Part shown: positions 34,973 through 48,073 of the stretch, piece by piece
Numbering within the stretch: the stretch's first letter is position 1
How the letters are laid out: each line of letters begins with the position of its first letter
Assembly: GCA_012026655.1 (NCBI GenBank)
Contig: JAAILG010001106.1
Coordinates: 1-64,000 of the forward strand
Source of the DNA: Hydrolagus affinis
Taxonomy: Eukaryota
Length of the DNA stretch: 64,000 bases
Reading direction: 5' to 3'
Translations under genes and position numbers: made by a program
Notes under the pieces: generated by a model
The model's database searches: none
Told to the model about the DNA's origin: nothing
The model's input: only the letters and a program-made list of their open reading frames with translations

Positions 34973-35603
34973 AATAGAAAAGCAACTCTTGCTATTTTGA
35001 GTTGGAACACTGAAAAAATTATTTTGTTCCTTATAAAATTGAAGTTGAATACGATAGGAGTTATAGCACGTTCTCCACATACTTGTCAATTGGACAAAGA
35101 AGATGAACCTGATTGAGTTATAAAGTCTGAAAAATGTGATCAATACTGTGCATTCACTGCAATCACTTAAGCAGACAAATGAGAGAACAACTCTGCTCAA
35201 ACAAGAGATCAAAGCCTCATCTCCCTCTTGCCTGAATAAGGGCCAAGGCTAAGAGCAGCATTCCTCACAACTGATCCTCTCAATCCTACTTCCTATTTAC
35301 TTGATTTAACTGTGTGGCAGTAAGCGGTGGGAGGAGGTCAGTCAACACAGTGAATGTTCTTTCTTCAGTTTCCACAAACCACAGAGAGATTACTGATGCT
35401 TAATTATGGGATGTTTAATCTGATCTGCTTTAACCCTCTGCTATCCAGTGACTTTCTTCAAGCAAACAATTGAAGTGGAATAATACAAAAGTGTATTAGG
35501 AGATTGGGGTTGAAGCAGTTAGCTCCAGTGGATGAGCTGGCAGCATCCTAAGCTTGATCGGCTGAATAATGTCCTATTGTGCTATATTTCCTATCTTTCC
35601 TGG

Positions 35604-35900
35604 AACAACAACAACTTGCATGTATATTGTGCTCTTCATGCTGGATGGCGTTTCGGAGCACTTAAACTTGGAACATAAAAGTTTAGTGAAGGATACTTGA
35701 ATGCCTAAACTCTGAGTAAAATAGAACTTCTCAAATAGCTTCCAAAGATAAGCTAAGACAAGGAACATTTCTCCCACTAAATATGCAGTCAATTCACTTT
35801 ACAGTATATTCTGTGAATTACTTTGAGCCATCGAGAAGACGTGATTTACTCAGGAATAATAATAATCCTTGCATTACATCAAAAGCAAGATTATTATTCC
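35604..35900. mobile_element. L2 tail (minus, 35604-35664) and rearranged SINE tail (plus, 35768-35900)
   Basis: AACAACAACAACTTGCATG..; CAGTCAATTCACTTTACAGTATATTCTGTGAA..GAAGACGTGA. Confidence 0.75.
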
Positions 35901-38900
35901 TGTGTGAGATCCACTAATCTGAACTGTACCCGTGAGAACCAACCCATGAGGAAGAGAGAAGAAATGTACTTTAAGAAGCTTACAAATTAACAACATGGTG
36001 GTTTTAATGAACAATGATTAGATAAGGAATGACCACATTATTTATGTTACCAGGTTAAATTTTCTTTACAATAAGTGACAACTTTCCGAATGTATGTAAT
36101 TAAAATACACGAAAGCAAGCAATTATTACAGGATTTTAATTGTTTTGTGCATTATCATATTTTTCAAATATTCTGACCTTCATATTACAGGGTTATTTTC
36201 AGTTGGCTTCAAACTGCAGCTATTAACTTCAGTGGCTTACTCTGAGATGCGGTGTGGTCTAATTAAACCACAGATGTCCTAAATTGTCTTCTACTAATAT
36301 AATGGAACGTTCTCTTGGTGTGCTGGAAATAGAAATTACTCAAAGACCACCCAGAATTGTATTTAGACTTCATTTTCTTTCCTATTCCCTTTGACATATT
36401 CACTTTCAATCTCTTTACTTAATTTTTATTCTTCTTTTGAAAGGGTGAAATGGTTGTCGGTGTGACCTTCAGAGGACTCCAGTTAAAGGCACGTGCCATT
36501 AGGGGAGAAATTCCACCTGGGTCTAGATTCACTATAGAATATTAATAATTATAATTATGTACAGTAAATAAATATAAAATTGCATTTCTCTCTACCAGGA
36601 ATCTCAGAATGCCAAAAGATCATACAAATTTGGGGGGGTCAGCTGGATGGCTGACAGGTGCAGATACCCATCACTATGTTTAAGAGTTTATAAGCCCAAC
36701 TACCCAGGGCTCCACATACACATGTAAATATCCTTTGCTTGCTCACCTAAGAGTTTAGACGTAGGTTGGTGAAAGCTGAGACTTGGGGACTCCAGAGTGT
36801 GTTTTGGGGGTACAACTAGAGTTGAAACAGCTAAAACTGATTTACATCTTGTTGTTACAAACACTGTCTGGCACGCTTCCTGCTGTTGGTCCAATTAGCA
36901 ACCTTGCAATTTCATTAGCATTAATTCTGAAAGTTTGCTTTGTGATTTTCTTTTACACTGATTTTAATGTGTCTAATTTCTGTACACGGATACGTATCGG
37001 AAAATCTGTGCGTATACCTATCTGTGTGTACCTCAGGTGTGGAGAGGATCAGGTGTAACTGTGCTGCCCATTGGTTAGCTGCTGTAGCCTGCAGACACTC
37101 ACTTTCACTCAATAAGATCAGACATGAAGGATAGCCACTTTGTGAAACACCGGAGCCCAACTCTGCAAACAGCCCACCCAGTCCTTCAGAAGAGAAAGGG
37201 ATGAATGAGTTACCAGAAATTAGCTAACTCCACATAAATGAACCATATTATATTAAATGAACTATTTATATGACTATAAATGAATATGGAACTTTTCTGG
37301 CTCAGTACAGTACTACACATTGCTCCCTTAAATACAAATCCATTAATAGACCTTATAAATAAATTTAGTTTTCAATTTAGTTTTCAATTTAACTTTCAAG
37401 TTTATTTTGACAATTTTTTTAAATTTTGCAATTTTCAAGTTTGTTTTGACAATAGAACTGAGAAATACCCATGCAGCTTTGACATGTTACGTGGTCTTGT
37501 TGAAGCATGTTTATGCTCAGAAAGTTTATAAAAGTAACAGACAATGGAATTCCTCATGAATGACTGTATGTGCACATACTGGTCATATGCCAGGTAGTTT
37601 TCAGGTAATTGTTCATTGTGTGCAGTCAGATAATATTAAAAACGGTCTTGTTTGTCTTTAGCACCAGGTAAAAACGTGTACAATAGATCATTCAGTAAAG
37701 CCACTTTCCCCACCCCATCATACAAGTAAAGTCAGGTCACAAGCAGGAAGTGCTGGAGACAAGGCAGAGGTTCAGAAATGTGCCACAGACTGAGAACAGT
37801 TTCACTGTTACCATAGAAACCATATTTGAAGTTCTAGAAACCCGGCATCTATAGTTTCCTGAAAGAATGATGTACTGTCTGTATTCCAGCTGCATACACA
37901 AACCAAATCAGTCTACCATGCCCATACCTGTCTTGTGGCTCAATGATAAAAAAAGAATAATTACTGAACAATGAGCCACTCACTGGGTATTTAAACACCT
38001 CTCCTGGTAGAACAGTAAAATGTTGTTTGGAGACTTATTTTTTTCCTATCCCCCCCAACACCCCCCCCACCCTCCATGCTTAAAATATAGCTTCAACTGA
38101 TGATGTTTATACAGCTAATGTGTTTGCTTTCAATGTTGAAAATATTAAGTGAAAATCTTGGGAGGTTATAAAGTGGGGGTTGGTGAGGATGGAGGGGAAC
38201 AATTTTCAGGTTTGCATATAATCTTTTCAATATGGATGTAGCTACGCCGCACGTTTTCAGCCATTCATATAAAGAGTGGTGAAAGAAGGATTTAGCACAG
38301 GGTTTAGGAATTGCTGGCCTTTGACACAGGAAGTTCATTATAAAGCTGACCTCGCCTTCTTGAATGTGACGCCACCTTTTAAATGAGAAAAACAGATTGT
38401 ACATCTGCTGGAAACAACAGCTGCCCTTTCCTGCTCTGCTGCATTCTAACAATTTGCTTTAAAACACACACATACAAAAAGTACATAAGATAATGATATG
38501 GAGTTCTAGTGAAGTGTGCAGTGCAGATCCCAATCTTGGAGAACTTCAACTATTTGCCTGACAAAAATGCGCTGCATAAGGAATTATTCTATTTTTGGGC
38601 AGCCTCATTTCTGACAAAAAACGTTAAATTTAGTGGTGGTGTTAAAGAAATAAAATGTTTGCATGTTTTACAATAGATTTGCTTAAAAAAAAGGTTTGAT
38701 GGATGAATGGCTTGATACTCAAAGTGAGAGTGAGCAAGTGTACCTTTATTTTTCCAGTCAATGCCTTCTCTTAATCTGTTGATTCAAAGTGCTGTCACAA
38801 TTGTGACCCATCTCAAAATCTGTTTCAATATCGTTTGAGGTCTAAATTTGAGCTGGTTTGATCAACTACCGAACTAAATATGCATGTTAAATCAAAACAA

Positions 38901-39619
38901 ATCATTAATTAATTAATTACTTCATTAATGCTTATGTATACATATGTAACATATCTGCAACAGAGAGAAAGCCAAAATGGATGACAGTGTCAGGAGGCAA
39001 TGCAAAGAATAGCTGACTGATATAGATGTGGTCTTCCTCATTGACGAAGCCCTTAAAGTATTTTGGGGAACTAAAAAACTTAGCTAAAATGCCACAGGGA
39101 GGAATCAGACCTAACAAGAAACTGTTAGATAATCAATATATCCTCCCAGGTAAAAATAACATGTGAGGTTCAGTGGTGATATGGGGAAGGAGGGGTGGAG
39201 GAATTTTAAAGAGTGTTTTAGAATGCCACCAGCACAGGTCTCTGAGATAAGATTGGTGCCCAAATGAAAGAAAGGAATGACAAAAGGAAAATAGGTCAAA
39301 GAATTTTGACCTTTTAAAAAGTAATTTTGAAAAACAAGTACAATCCAGATCAAGCACGTTCTATAGGTGTGTCCTCAATGAAATGTCAGAGCATAATTTT
39401 ATCACAACATTTAATTATTGACAAAGCTATCAATGGTGACCAAAATGTTGTGATAGCATTACAATGTGCAATAAGTCTTAAAGAAATTATATGTGGGGGA
39501 TTTTTTAGATAAAAGGGCAGCTGAAAAATAAGAAAATTGATCTAGTCATGGAGAAATAGATTAATGAATATTGTACTGCAATTTTGGAACTGAAGAAATG
39601 GTTTCATGACTTTTTGGTC

Positions 39620-40346
39620 ACCGAGTATTAGGTATATGCCCTCCGAACACATGCACAACTTAGGCATCAGGTTCGATCCCCAGTTATCCTTCTTCCCCAC
39701 ATCCGCTCCCTCACCAGCACTGTAATCTTCCATCTCCACCACATTGCCTGCCTCCACCAATAGTTCTTATCTCAACAGCTGCCGAAACCTTGGTGCAACC
39801 TTTGTCACCTCTCGGCTGGACTCCTCTAAGTACTCCTCGCCGGTCTCTCCTCCTCCATCATCCACAAAATTCAGCTCATACAAAATGCTGCCACCCGCAT
39901 TCTAACCCACACCAAACTTCGCGCCCCTATTTCCTTTGTCCTTGTCAAATTGTACTGGCTTCCTGTCATGGAGCGGACCGATTTCACTCACTCTTGTGTT
40001 TAAATCCCTCCACTCCTCTGCACCCCACCTTACCTCCCTAACCTCCTCTTTCCTCACCGCAGTACCCATTCCCTCCGCTTTACTGGGTCCGGCCTCCTCC
40101 TTGTCTCCTGAATCCTCTGCTCCACATTGGCGGCCGTGCTTTCAGCCACTATGCCCCGAAACTCCTTCCCTCAACCCCTTCATCTTGCCCCCTCCTTTCC
40201 CATCATCAGGTCACGCCTGAAGACCTTTCTCTTCAATCGCACTTACGGTCACTTCCCTTCCCCCTGGCTCGGCCTCCACCACAGTGAAGCGCTCTGAGAC
40301 ACCGTCTGGCGAGGAGGACAGTATATAAATGCAAGTTGTTGTTGTT
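39620..40346 (+). mobile_element. L2 LINE 3' ~0.7 kb (dead ORF2 C-terminus, UTR, (TTG)n)
   Basis: AAETLVQPL.., CATCCACAAAATTCAGCTCATACAAAATGCTGCC (IHKIQLIQNAA), TLVFKSLHS, tail GCGCTCTGAGACACC..AAATGCAAG(TTG)n. Confidence 0.93.
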
Positions 40347-43134
40347 ATATAAATATACATATTCACAAATAAACGACAATATTTCCATGCTATTTTAATG
40401 GCAGATTATTTCCATCAAATATGTTACAGCATTTCGACCTGAACATCCTCCCGACTGAAAGGTGCTATACAATTGTAATTTTGTTGTTGTTGAATGCAAT
40501 TTTTTTTACCAAAACTGAGGTGAGGAAAGTGAAAGTAGTTTGAATTTAGTTTCCAAATATACCAACCGTTCGCTCAGTTCAGATACCTTAGATTAAAATG
40601 TGCAATGTTACTCTATATCCTGGCATCAGTTTCCTGCTGTCATCCCATGTGGTGGGTGAGCTGCTGACACCTGTGGCTTTTTATTACAGCCACGGCATCA
40701 AAGGGTCTTTTTAATAATTATTTTTTTAACTCTTTATTAAACGTGACTGCCCTGCTGTTTGCCAGCCTAATTGGTAGAGGGAAAGAGGAAGTGGCCACAT
40801 CAGTTTCATGCTATGTTTCACAAACAATGACGCAGACTCTCAACAGTTTTACAAATTGGACTCTTGCGTGATTTATGAAACTTATACTGCAAAGGACTGT
40901 AGGAATAGGTTGTGCGTGTCACATAAATGCTTGAGGACAGCAGGAGCATTTTTTCACCAAAATAAACCACATATCAAGATCGGACTGCTTTCCTTTTAAA
41001 GATTTGTCAAGAAAAGTATACACAAAAAAATGTGCTTGACTTTTAGAATGGGAGTTTCGATCTTTATCTGTGGAAGGTGATAAGCAGAGATCAGTACACT
41101 TTCTAACACCGTAGGATAGAAATTTGAAAGGTGACTCCACCAATGCCTTCAAGAATCCGGTTACACATAGGGGAATAGGTCACGAGCCTGACACCTTAGT
41201 CAGAGTGATGAAATGGGAGGGGAACCCATTGTCAAGGAGGGAAAGGGTAGTAAATGTAAAGTATCTGTAGATTTCTTCAAGGCTGCTTCATACTTATCAT
41301 GAGAGTTTTACTGAAACACAATTTCAGGTCTGTTGAACAATATTTCATTGTCCCCGAGTCATATATGTAGCACACAGAAGATCATTTAAAAAACATAGTA
41401 GCACAAATCCTAAATGCTTTCGTTAGCAGTATTTTTCCTCAGCCTGGGCTTGTTTGGTGATGCACAAAGTGGACTAATGTGCCTCATTATATGAATTGCA
41501 TTCAACGATTGTGACATGAACCATAGATTCAGATCACAACCACTCGTCACACGCAAAAAAAGAGAAACAAATGTCCATCAATTCCTGAAAGAAAAACTGA
41601 TGTTATGAGTGGATGGAGAGAGGGAAATAGTTCCCAAGCGCACAAACCCTTTACAATGCATTGCATTCAAAGACTTGTGATGAACTAGATAAGTTATGAT
41701 ATATATCTCATAATTATCAATGCATTTGATAAACCACCTTACCAGATACACAAGGCATCTCAAAGTGCTTTAAAAGGATTTACTGTTAAATGTAGTGACT
41801 GTGTGTTTGTAGGCAATCATAGCAGCCAACTACTATATAGAAATGTCCCACAAACAGCCATGTTGTGTAGTTTTTTCCTCCAGCAGTATTCAATTTGAGA
41901 AGATGCCTTTTATATTCAACTTGCATCCAGCCAATGGTTCTCTGGACTTCGGGAACTCTACCAGTCCAATAAAGTTCCTGTTTGATTTGTTTGTGCTGCT
42001 CAGAGTTCTTAAAAGAAATAGATAAAACAACCTGATCTCTTAACCAATTCCACTGTTACCTGAGAGATTCCCTTTGATGTAAAGAACTAACTCTAATCCC
42101 CACAATCTCTCCTGCAAGAGTCTGAAACATGGCAGCAGCCTCGAAGGTGAGCACAATGATGCTCTTTATTGCTATTGGCAAAACGGCAACCTAATGTTGC
42201 AAATTATCCTTTTAATCCTGGCAACGACCCAAATACTTGTCTTACCTAATCTATATGTACAATAGATATGTGTGTCTATGATTCCCAGAAAGCAAATGTG
42301 AGATTCATAGACCTGTAGCCCTCTCCTCCTATTACGCTTCAATCTTCCATAGACAAAGGCTTTAGCCACTGTAAGGCAGATTCTTAGACAGATTTGAAAT
42401 CTATGCTTTTAAGAGTTTTACCTAATTAAATATCGGAGCAGACTGGCCCGAATGATACCATCAGTATAGTTGTTTGCATTTAAAGATTGGGAATGGATTT
42501 CACATGCTTGACAAATAGTTCTCATTGATATCCTAAAAAAAAGTGTTTATCGCATACAACAAGAATGGTGTGGCAACAACAAAAACTTGCAGCTATATAA
42601 CACCTCCCATGCAGGGAAGCATCTCAAAGCACTTCACAAAGGTAAGGTATGTGTACACCTAGCATGGTGGAGTGGCGGGGGGGGGGGGAGAGGGAGGTGT
42701 CCGCCAGGGACAGCCAAAGAGAAAAGTTTTTAGACCAAACAAATTTGGAATGGAAGCAAAACAACCACTACTAAAACGTTACATTGTCCAAAAACTCATT
42801 TTCATGCAAACCTGCAATGCCTAACAAGCATCAGACTCACATTCGTGATGGGTAAAATGTGATAAGGTAGAGCCCCATTAGAATCTAGAGATATGTAAAG
42901 AATGTTAGTTCATGCCTATTTCTGTTCTAAACGTTTACAGATCATTTGAGCTATGTAGACACAGAAATATGCTTCCATTATATTTCTGTATTCTGTAAGG
43001 TCATAGGGTAGTGTTTCTGTAATGACCCATCAATCACTTGATATGCTTGTGATCTGGAATGAGCTTTGCTCTGGTGGTATGTAGTGATATTTTGGATGGA
43101 AATTCATATGGGCTGGATAATTAGGAACCTTGGT

Positions 43135-43500
43135 TGCTTGCATTTGATACAGAACCATGTCCTTATTATTGAAATCTCTTAAAGACCTTCACAGAGTTTT
43201 CTGTAAAGTGTTGTGACTATGCACTTGAACACGATGATCAATTTTTTGCACAGCAATGTTTCACCAACTGTCATGAAGTAACTAGTCAATTTATCTGAAG
43301 GATTATTGGCCAGGACATCCAATTCTATTTTCAAATAGCGCATGGGATCTTTAACGTCCATCAAAGCAGTTTAATATTTAATCAGAGGACCAGCATCTCT
43401 AACAATGAAGTGCTCCCCATAACAGAATTGGAGTGCTATTTTATACAATGAGCTCAAAGTCCCCAAATGGAGTTCGAATCCCCAGCTTGATTCACTTGTT
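43135..43500 (-). mobile_element. Ancient Deu-domain SINE, decayed
   Basis: CTTGCATTTGATAC.., GTGTTGTGACTA, TTGCACAGCAA, TTGGCCAGGACA..TTTTCAAATAGCGCATGGGATCTTTAACGTCCA..CAGCATCTCTAACAATG. Confidence 0.7.
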
Positions 43501-44464
43501 GTCAACAGACTTAGTCAAATGCCTTCAACTGGGCCCGGGAATTCACTTGATCTTTTCCTAACATTTCCAAGAACAAACTTTTCAAATCATAAATCAAATA
43601 TATCCCAAGATGCATTCGCTGGAACCTCATTAAAAAAAATATATATCATGATTTATAAAAAGTGGCCAACAAAATGAATCACACTGCTGGAAAATATCTA
43701 AGAGTAAACATTCCAGTGATTCCTTCAATTAAAAAGGCAGCAGTTGGGGCCATATTTATACCATGTAGATCCTTTAAAATACATTTAGTCCTTTTACCAC
43801 CGAAGTGAGCATGAAACAGACCCTTGTAAGTTATAATGTGTTGGCCAGGCAGCTCGATGAGACAGCGGCACCCAGCAGCCCCATTCTGGGTGCATTCCAG
43901 ATGGTCATCAGCCAAAACAAACTCACTGGAATACAGTTTTAGTTTGAATTTAACCTGGAATGAACCCCCTTCATGTAAGCAATGTCCACGCAGGAATTAT
44001 TTTGTCCAAGTAATCAGAGAGAGATTAACATTCAGCTCGAAAATTTGGTATTTTATTGCACAAATAAACAGGTTTATTAAAGGTGTAATGGAAATTTAAT
44101 AAATGTTATACCAATAAACCAATTTCTAACAGAATAACTCAAACAGTTGCAAAGGTAATATCCCAGCCATATTTCCTGCAGTTTTGTTTATTATTGATGT
44201 GTTGCCTATATCTTATTCTAACTTTAAAATGCATAAAGTGCATAAAACAAAGAGAAGAATGGCCATAGGTTCATATTTTAGAATTCTGCAAGCTTGTTTG
44301 TTTAATGTTTTATCTTTTTTCTATTCTCCTTTCCCAAAAGGAGCTGATTATTGTTGCAATTCCATTCCACTTGGCTGCCAAACATTAGTTCTTTGGTTTA
44401 AGGTCTTATCTGAAGGATACCACCTCTGATAATGTATTACTTCCTCCCTTACATTGCACTGCAT

Positions 44465-44640
44465 CAGCACCTTGGGACGTCCTCCCGACGTGAAAGGCGC
44501 TCCGCAAATGTAATTTTGTTGTTGTTGTTGCACCTGGAGTGCCAGCCAAGACCATGACCTTCAAGTCATAATGTAGAACTTGAACCCACAACATTCAAGC
44601 CTATAGGTGAGAATTGCTGACTAGTTTAGGCTGACACCTA
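44465..44640. mobile_element. L2 tail (plus, 44465-44530) abutting a Deu-SINE head (minus, 44533-44640)
   Basis: CAGCACCTTGGGACGTCCTCCCGACGTGAAAGGCGCT..(TTG)n; CTGGAGTGCCAGCC..ACTTGAACCCACAAC..GGCTGACAC. Confidence 0.8.
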
Positions 44641-45919
44641 AACATTCCTGGCTGGAAATCTAAACTTAGCTGGTGCTGTTTTTAATTAGGGAATTATTGT
44701 ATTTACTGAAAGGCAAAGGGTTTTATTTTTAAAACATGGTGCCCCTCAGAATTGACGGTGCCTTCAAATTGCTTGCAAACTCCCCAATATCTCTCTGCAT
44801 GTTAAATTTGTAGGCGCCATAGATTTGCATAAATACAGTAATTAAGAAAAAGATTAAATAGCATTGTTGCCTTGCTTGATCTGTAAAGCTAATGGTGCAT
44901 TGGATGATACATTTGTCCACTGTGTCATAGGGGGAGGGTAGCTCAGTATACATTTAGATTAGTTACTTCAGCGAGTTAAACATTATTTCAGAAAGTGTGC
45001 AAGCGACTCTAATACTTTCCACAGTGTAAAGTGACTGAAATGATTTCAGTGTTTATATAAACTTGTTGAATACACCATAATTAAGTCATCTAAAAAGGCT
45101 CTCGAGAATTGAGAAGAAAAATCAGTATTTTGATAACATCTCTGGGTGTTTAAAACCACAAATATGAAACAGTTTTCAAGTTGCAACAAAGGTGTGTTTA
45201 GACTTGTAATTTCTAAGCTGCCTGGCTAAAAAACAACTCTTTAAAACGAGAATGTTCAGCTCAACAGAATACTTGTGTCGGTGTTATTTTTACATATTTT
45301 ATATTAATGTAAATACATTTTAATAACACTTAGTTAAAGTTAAGAAGGCATTACAGAATCTGAACAAATTAAACTTGAAGTATTCAAAATGTTCTGCTCT
45401 GTAGTAGAACTTTCCCTTGTTTTCCCTGAATCATTGACTCCCAGCAAAAGAGAAACAACAATTCCAAACATATTATAGAACTTTCAATGAGTCAGATGCA
45501 ACCTTTTAACTTGCGTGTTATTCAGAAGGAACTCAATCAAGTATTTGCAGTGAGCCTTCACTGTGTCTTCAGTGTATATAGCAACTATACAAAGTGTCAA
45601 ATTTCAATGATTATGCACACGCAGATAAGAAAGTTTATCTTGATGCAGTATAGAGGAAAAATGTGTCTGTGTCCAAGATTACAGGGTGCAAGCATCATGG
45701 GTTGGCAATTGTTTATTCCCTCTACACTCTTAACTGCTTGTTTGGGGATCTGATAAGGCTGTGACTGACACACTTATCACTACTTTGACTAGAGTAATAC
45801 ATATAAAAGTATTTGTTTGCTGTTACTTGAATTGATTCCTGCATTCAAATATTCAGGTCCTACTGCAGTTCTGTTGCTGGCATGTCAGTACTTTCATGTC
45901 ATTGTTGGTGGTTTATTGT

Positions 45920-46259
45920 GGAGTCCTGTTGCTCAGTGGTTAGAGCACTCGCCTTGCGATTCCCCACAGGGCCAAACCGTGAGCAAGTTTCCTTACTGTA
46001 CATGCCTGATAATAATCCCTCAAGAAAAAAAAATAAATTGGTCACTTCAATCCACAACTGTTGGTTTGCAAACAGAGCACTGTTTGGTGAGATGGTTTGT
46101 GGGACACTGCTGTGTACAATTGCCTACTGCGTTTCGCCCACGAATGAACAGTCAATTCACTTTACAGTATATTCTGTGAAGTGCTTTGAGACATCTAGAA
46201 GACACGAAAAGCACTATATCAAATGCAAGGATTATTATTATTATTTATTATTATTGTTA
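45920..46259 (+). mobile_element. tRNA-derived SINE, near full length
   Basis: GGAGTCCTGTTGCTCAGTGGTTAGAGCACTCGCCTTG ... CAAATGCAAGG(ATT)n; small internal insertion at ~46062-46095. Confidence 0.93.
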
Positions 46260-47269
46260 TTCTGTTGGCCTCAGATATGATGCTTTCAAGTGATATTCAA
46301 CAAAATAGTGATGCTTAGAATTGGTACCAATAAGTGACAGTATTCATCTATTACTTCTAGTGGAAATAAGTACAACTAGAATCTACAGAAGACCAGCACA
46401 AAACACAAGTTACTTTTCAAACCAAATATTTTTTCAGTGTTGAAATTACTTTGTGAAAAGGAATGTGTATGCGCCCCGCAAAACACAAAAAGAATGATGA
46501 ACTTAACAAAACCCTTTTAGCACCTTATTATTTTTCTGCTGTGTCTTTTTTTTAGCCTAATGCAATGCAGTGAGTAAGTACTTCCTGCAGCCATTCTACT
46601 TGGAAGTGATTAAGCATGAGCAATTCATCATTTGAACAACAAAAGACTGGAAATGGAAGTTCAAACATTCTATTCATTGGGATAAGCATTTCACACCTGA
46701 AAATGAATTGTGGCAGACATAGCAGCTGCTTAACTTGATACCTATGTACACAGGTGTGATTTTCACTTACTGCCAATCAACAAGGGGAGGAAAGGGGGAA
46801 GGGGCTGTTTCAAGAAGCCTAGCCACAGTGCCTTCCAGCTGGGAAACACATGGACTGACTGGGGTGGCTTTTGGTAGATAGAAGAAAGATGATGCAGAAA
46901 GAAAGTTGAAGATAAGCTGCGGAAAAATAAGCTTTTTTCAATGTGAGCACTGAAATGAAGAAACCTAGACTAATGCAATCGAAAGAAAGCTGGAGGCATT
47001 TACAAACCTGCATGTTCAGTCTTGATGATATGCAGAACTAGTGTTGACAGCTATGTGTGTGCAGAGCTACAGCAGTAGGACAAATAAAATAGATCATATT
47101 AAATCTGTAAAAAGTTATGTTCAAATTAGCAGGCAAAGATAAGTGTAATATTTAATTTGCAAATTGTTTATTTACCAAATCCAAATGTCCAAGTCCAAAC
47201 ACTTGGATCATAACAAATATTCATATGATGTAAAACACAAGTTTAGACCTCTTTATGTTACAATACAAT

Positions 47270-47505
47270 CTGATAGTCCCTTCTTTTTTCAAATAGTACA
47301 ATATGATCTTTAATAGCCACCTGAACAAGCAGATGGAACTTCAGTTTAAAATATCATCCGACTGAAAGCTCCTCCAACAATGCGACACATCCCAGCATCG
47401 TATTAGAGTTCCACCTTAGACTATCTGAGTTCAAGTCATGATGTAAGCATTGAACCCACAACCTTCTGTGCGAGAGGCGAGATGTTACATCGACTAGGCT
47501 GCCAC
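47270..47505 (-). mobile_element. Deu-domain SINE 5' half, decayed
   Basis: GATCTTTAATAGCCACCTGAACAAGCAGATGG..CTCCAACAATGCGAC..TTGAACCCACAACCTTCTGTGCGAGAGGCGAGA. Confidence 0.75.
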
Positions 47506-47831
47506 AAGAATAGTGCACAAAATTCACAAGTCCATCAGCTTTTGAAAGGGAGGTTAACCATTCTGAGACGCTACCAGAATGAAAGGCACTATATAATTGC
47601 AAATTGTTGTCATTAACCCATTTCCTAACTCTTTCAGATGCTCTTTGACCTGTTGTGGATTCCAACAATTTTTTTGAATAAATGCAAATTTAACAGTGCT
47701 GCAGGTTCAAAGATTTGTAGCCAAAATAATGTCTAATTCTATACCATAACGGAATGCTTGTAAATTTAAAAATCCATTTTGTGATTTGCTTTGATATTAT
47801 AAGTCAGTTTCATAAATTGAAAAGATAAAAT

Positions 47832-47940
47832 CGTAGGTGTATTATTGATACACCTTCGGTTATACTTTGGTATAGCAGAAGGACACTTCTGCTTTACCAA
47901 AGTATAACAGAAGGACATGGATCCTTCTGCTATACCAAAG
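47832..47940. repeat. Compound nested inverted repeat
   Basis: 47853-47881 pairs with 47886-47914 (27/29, loop GACA); 47865-47883 pairs with 47922-47940 (19/19); AGGTGTAT/ATACACCT hairpin at 47835-47855. Confidence 0.95.
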
Positions 47941-48073
47941 AATATGAGGCCACAAGATCAAAACTACCCGTTCTGTCTTTGATAGTATTGATATTGTATG
48001 AATATATTTTATTGGGTCTATACACTTTTAAGTGGCCAACTGAAAATGTCATAGAGCATAGTGCATTCTGTTC

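Noticed and set aside
38093-38452. 119-aa minus-strand ORF
   Set aside because: It has a non-ATG start, no domain and no supporting exon structure.
47853-47882. loxP-like recombinase site (13-bp dyad, shares GTATAGCA)
   Set aside because: The spacer is 4 bp rather than 8, the arms do not match ATAACTTCGTATA, and no recombinase is encoded nearby. It is retained only as a palindrome.
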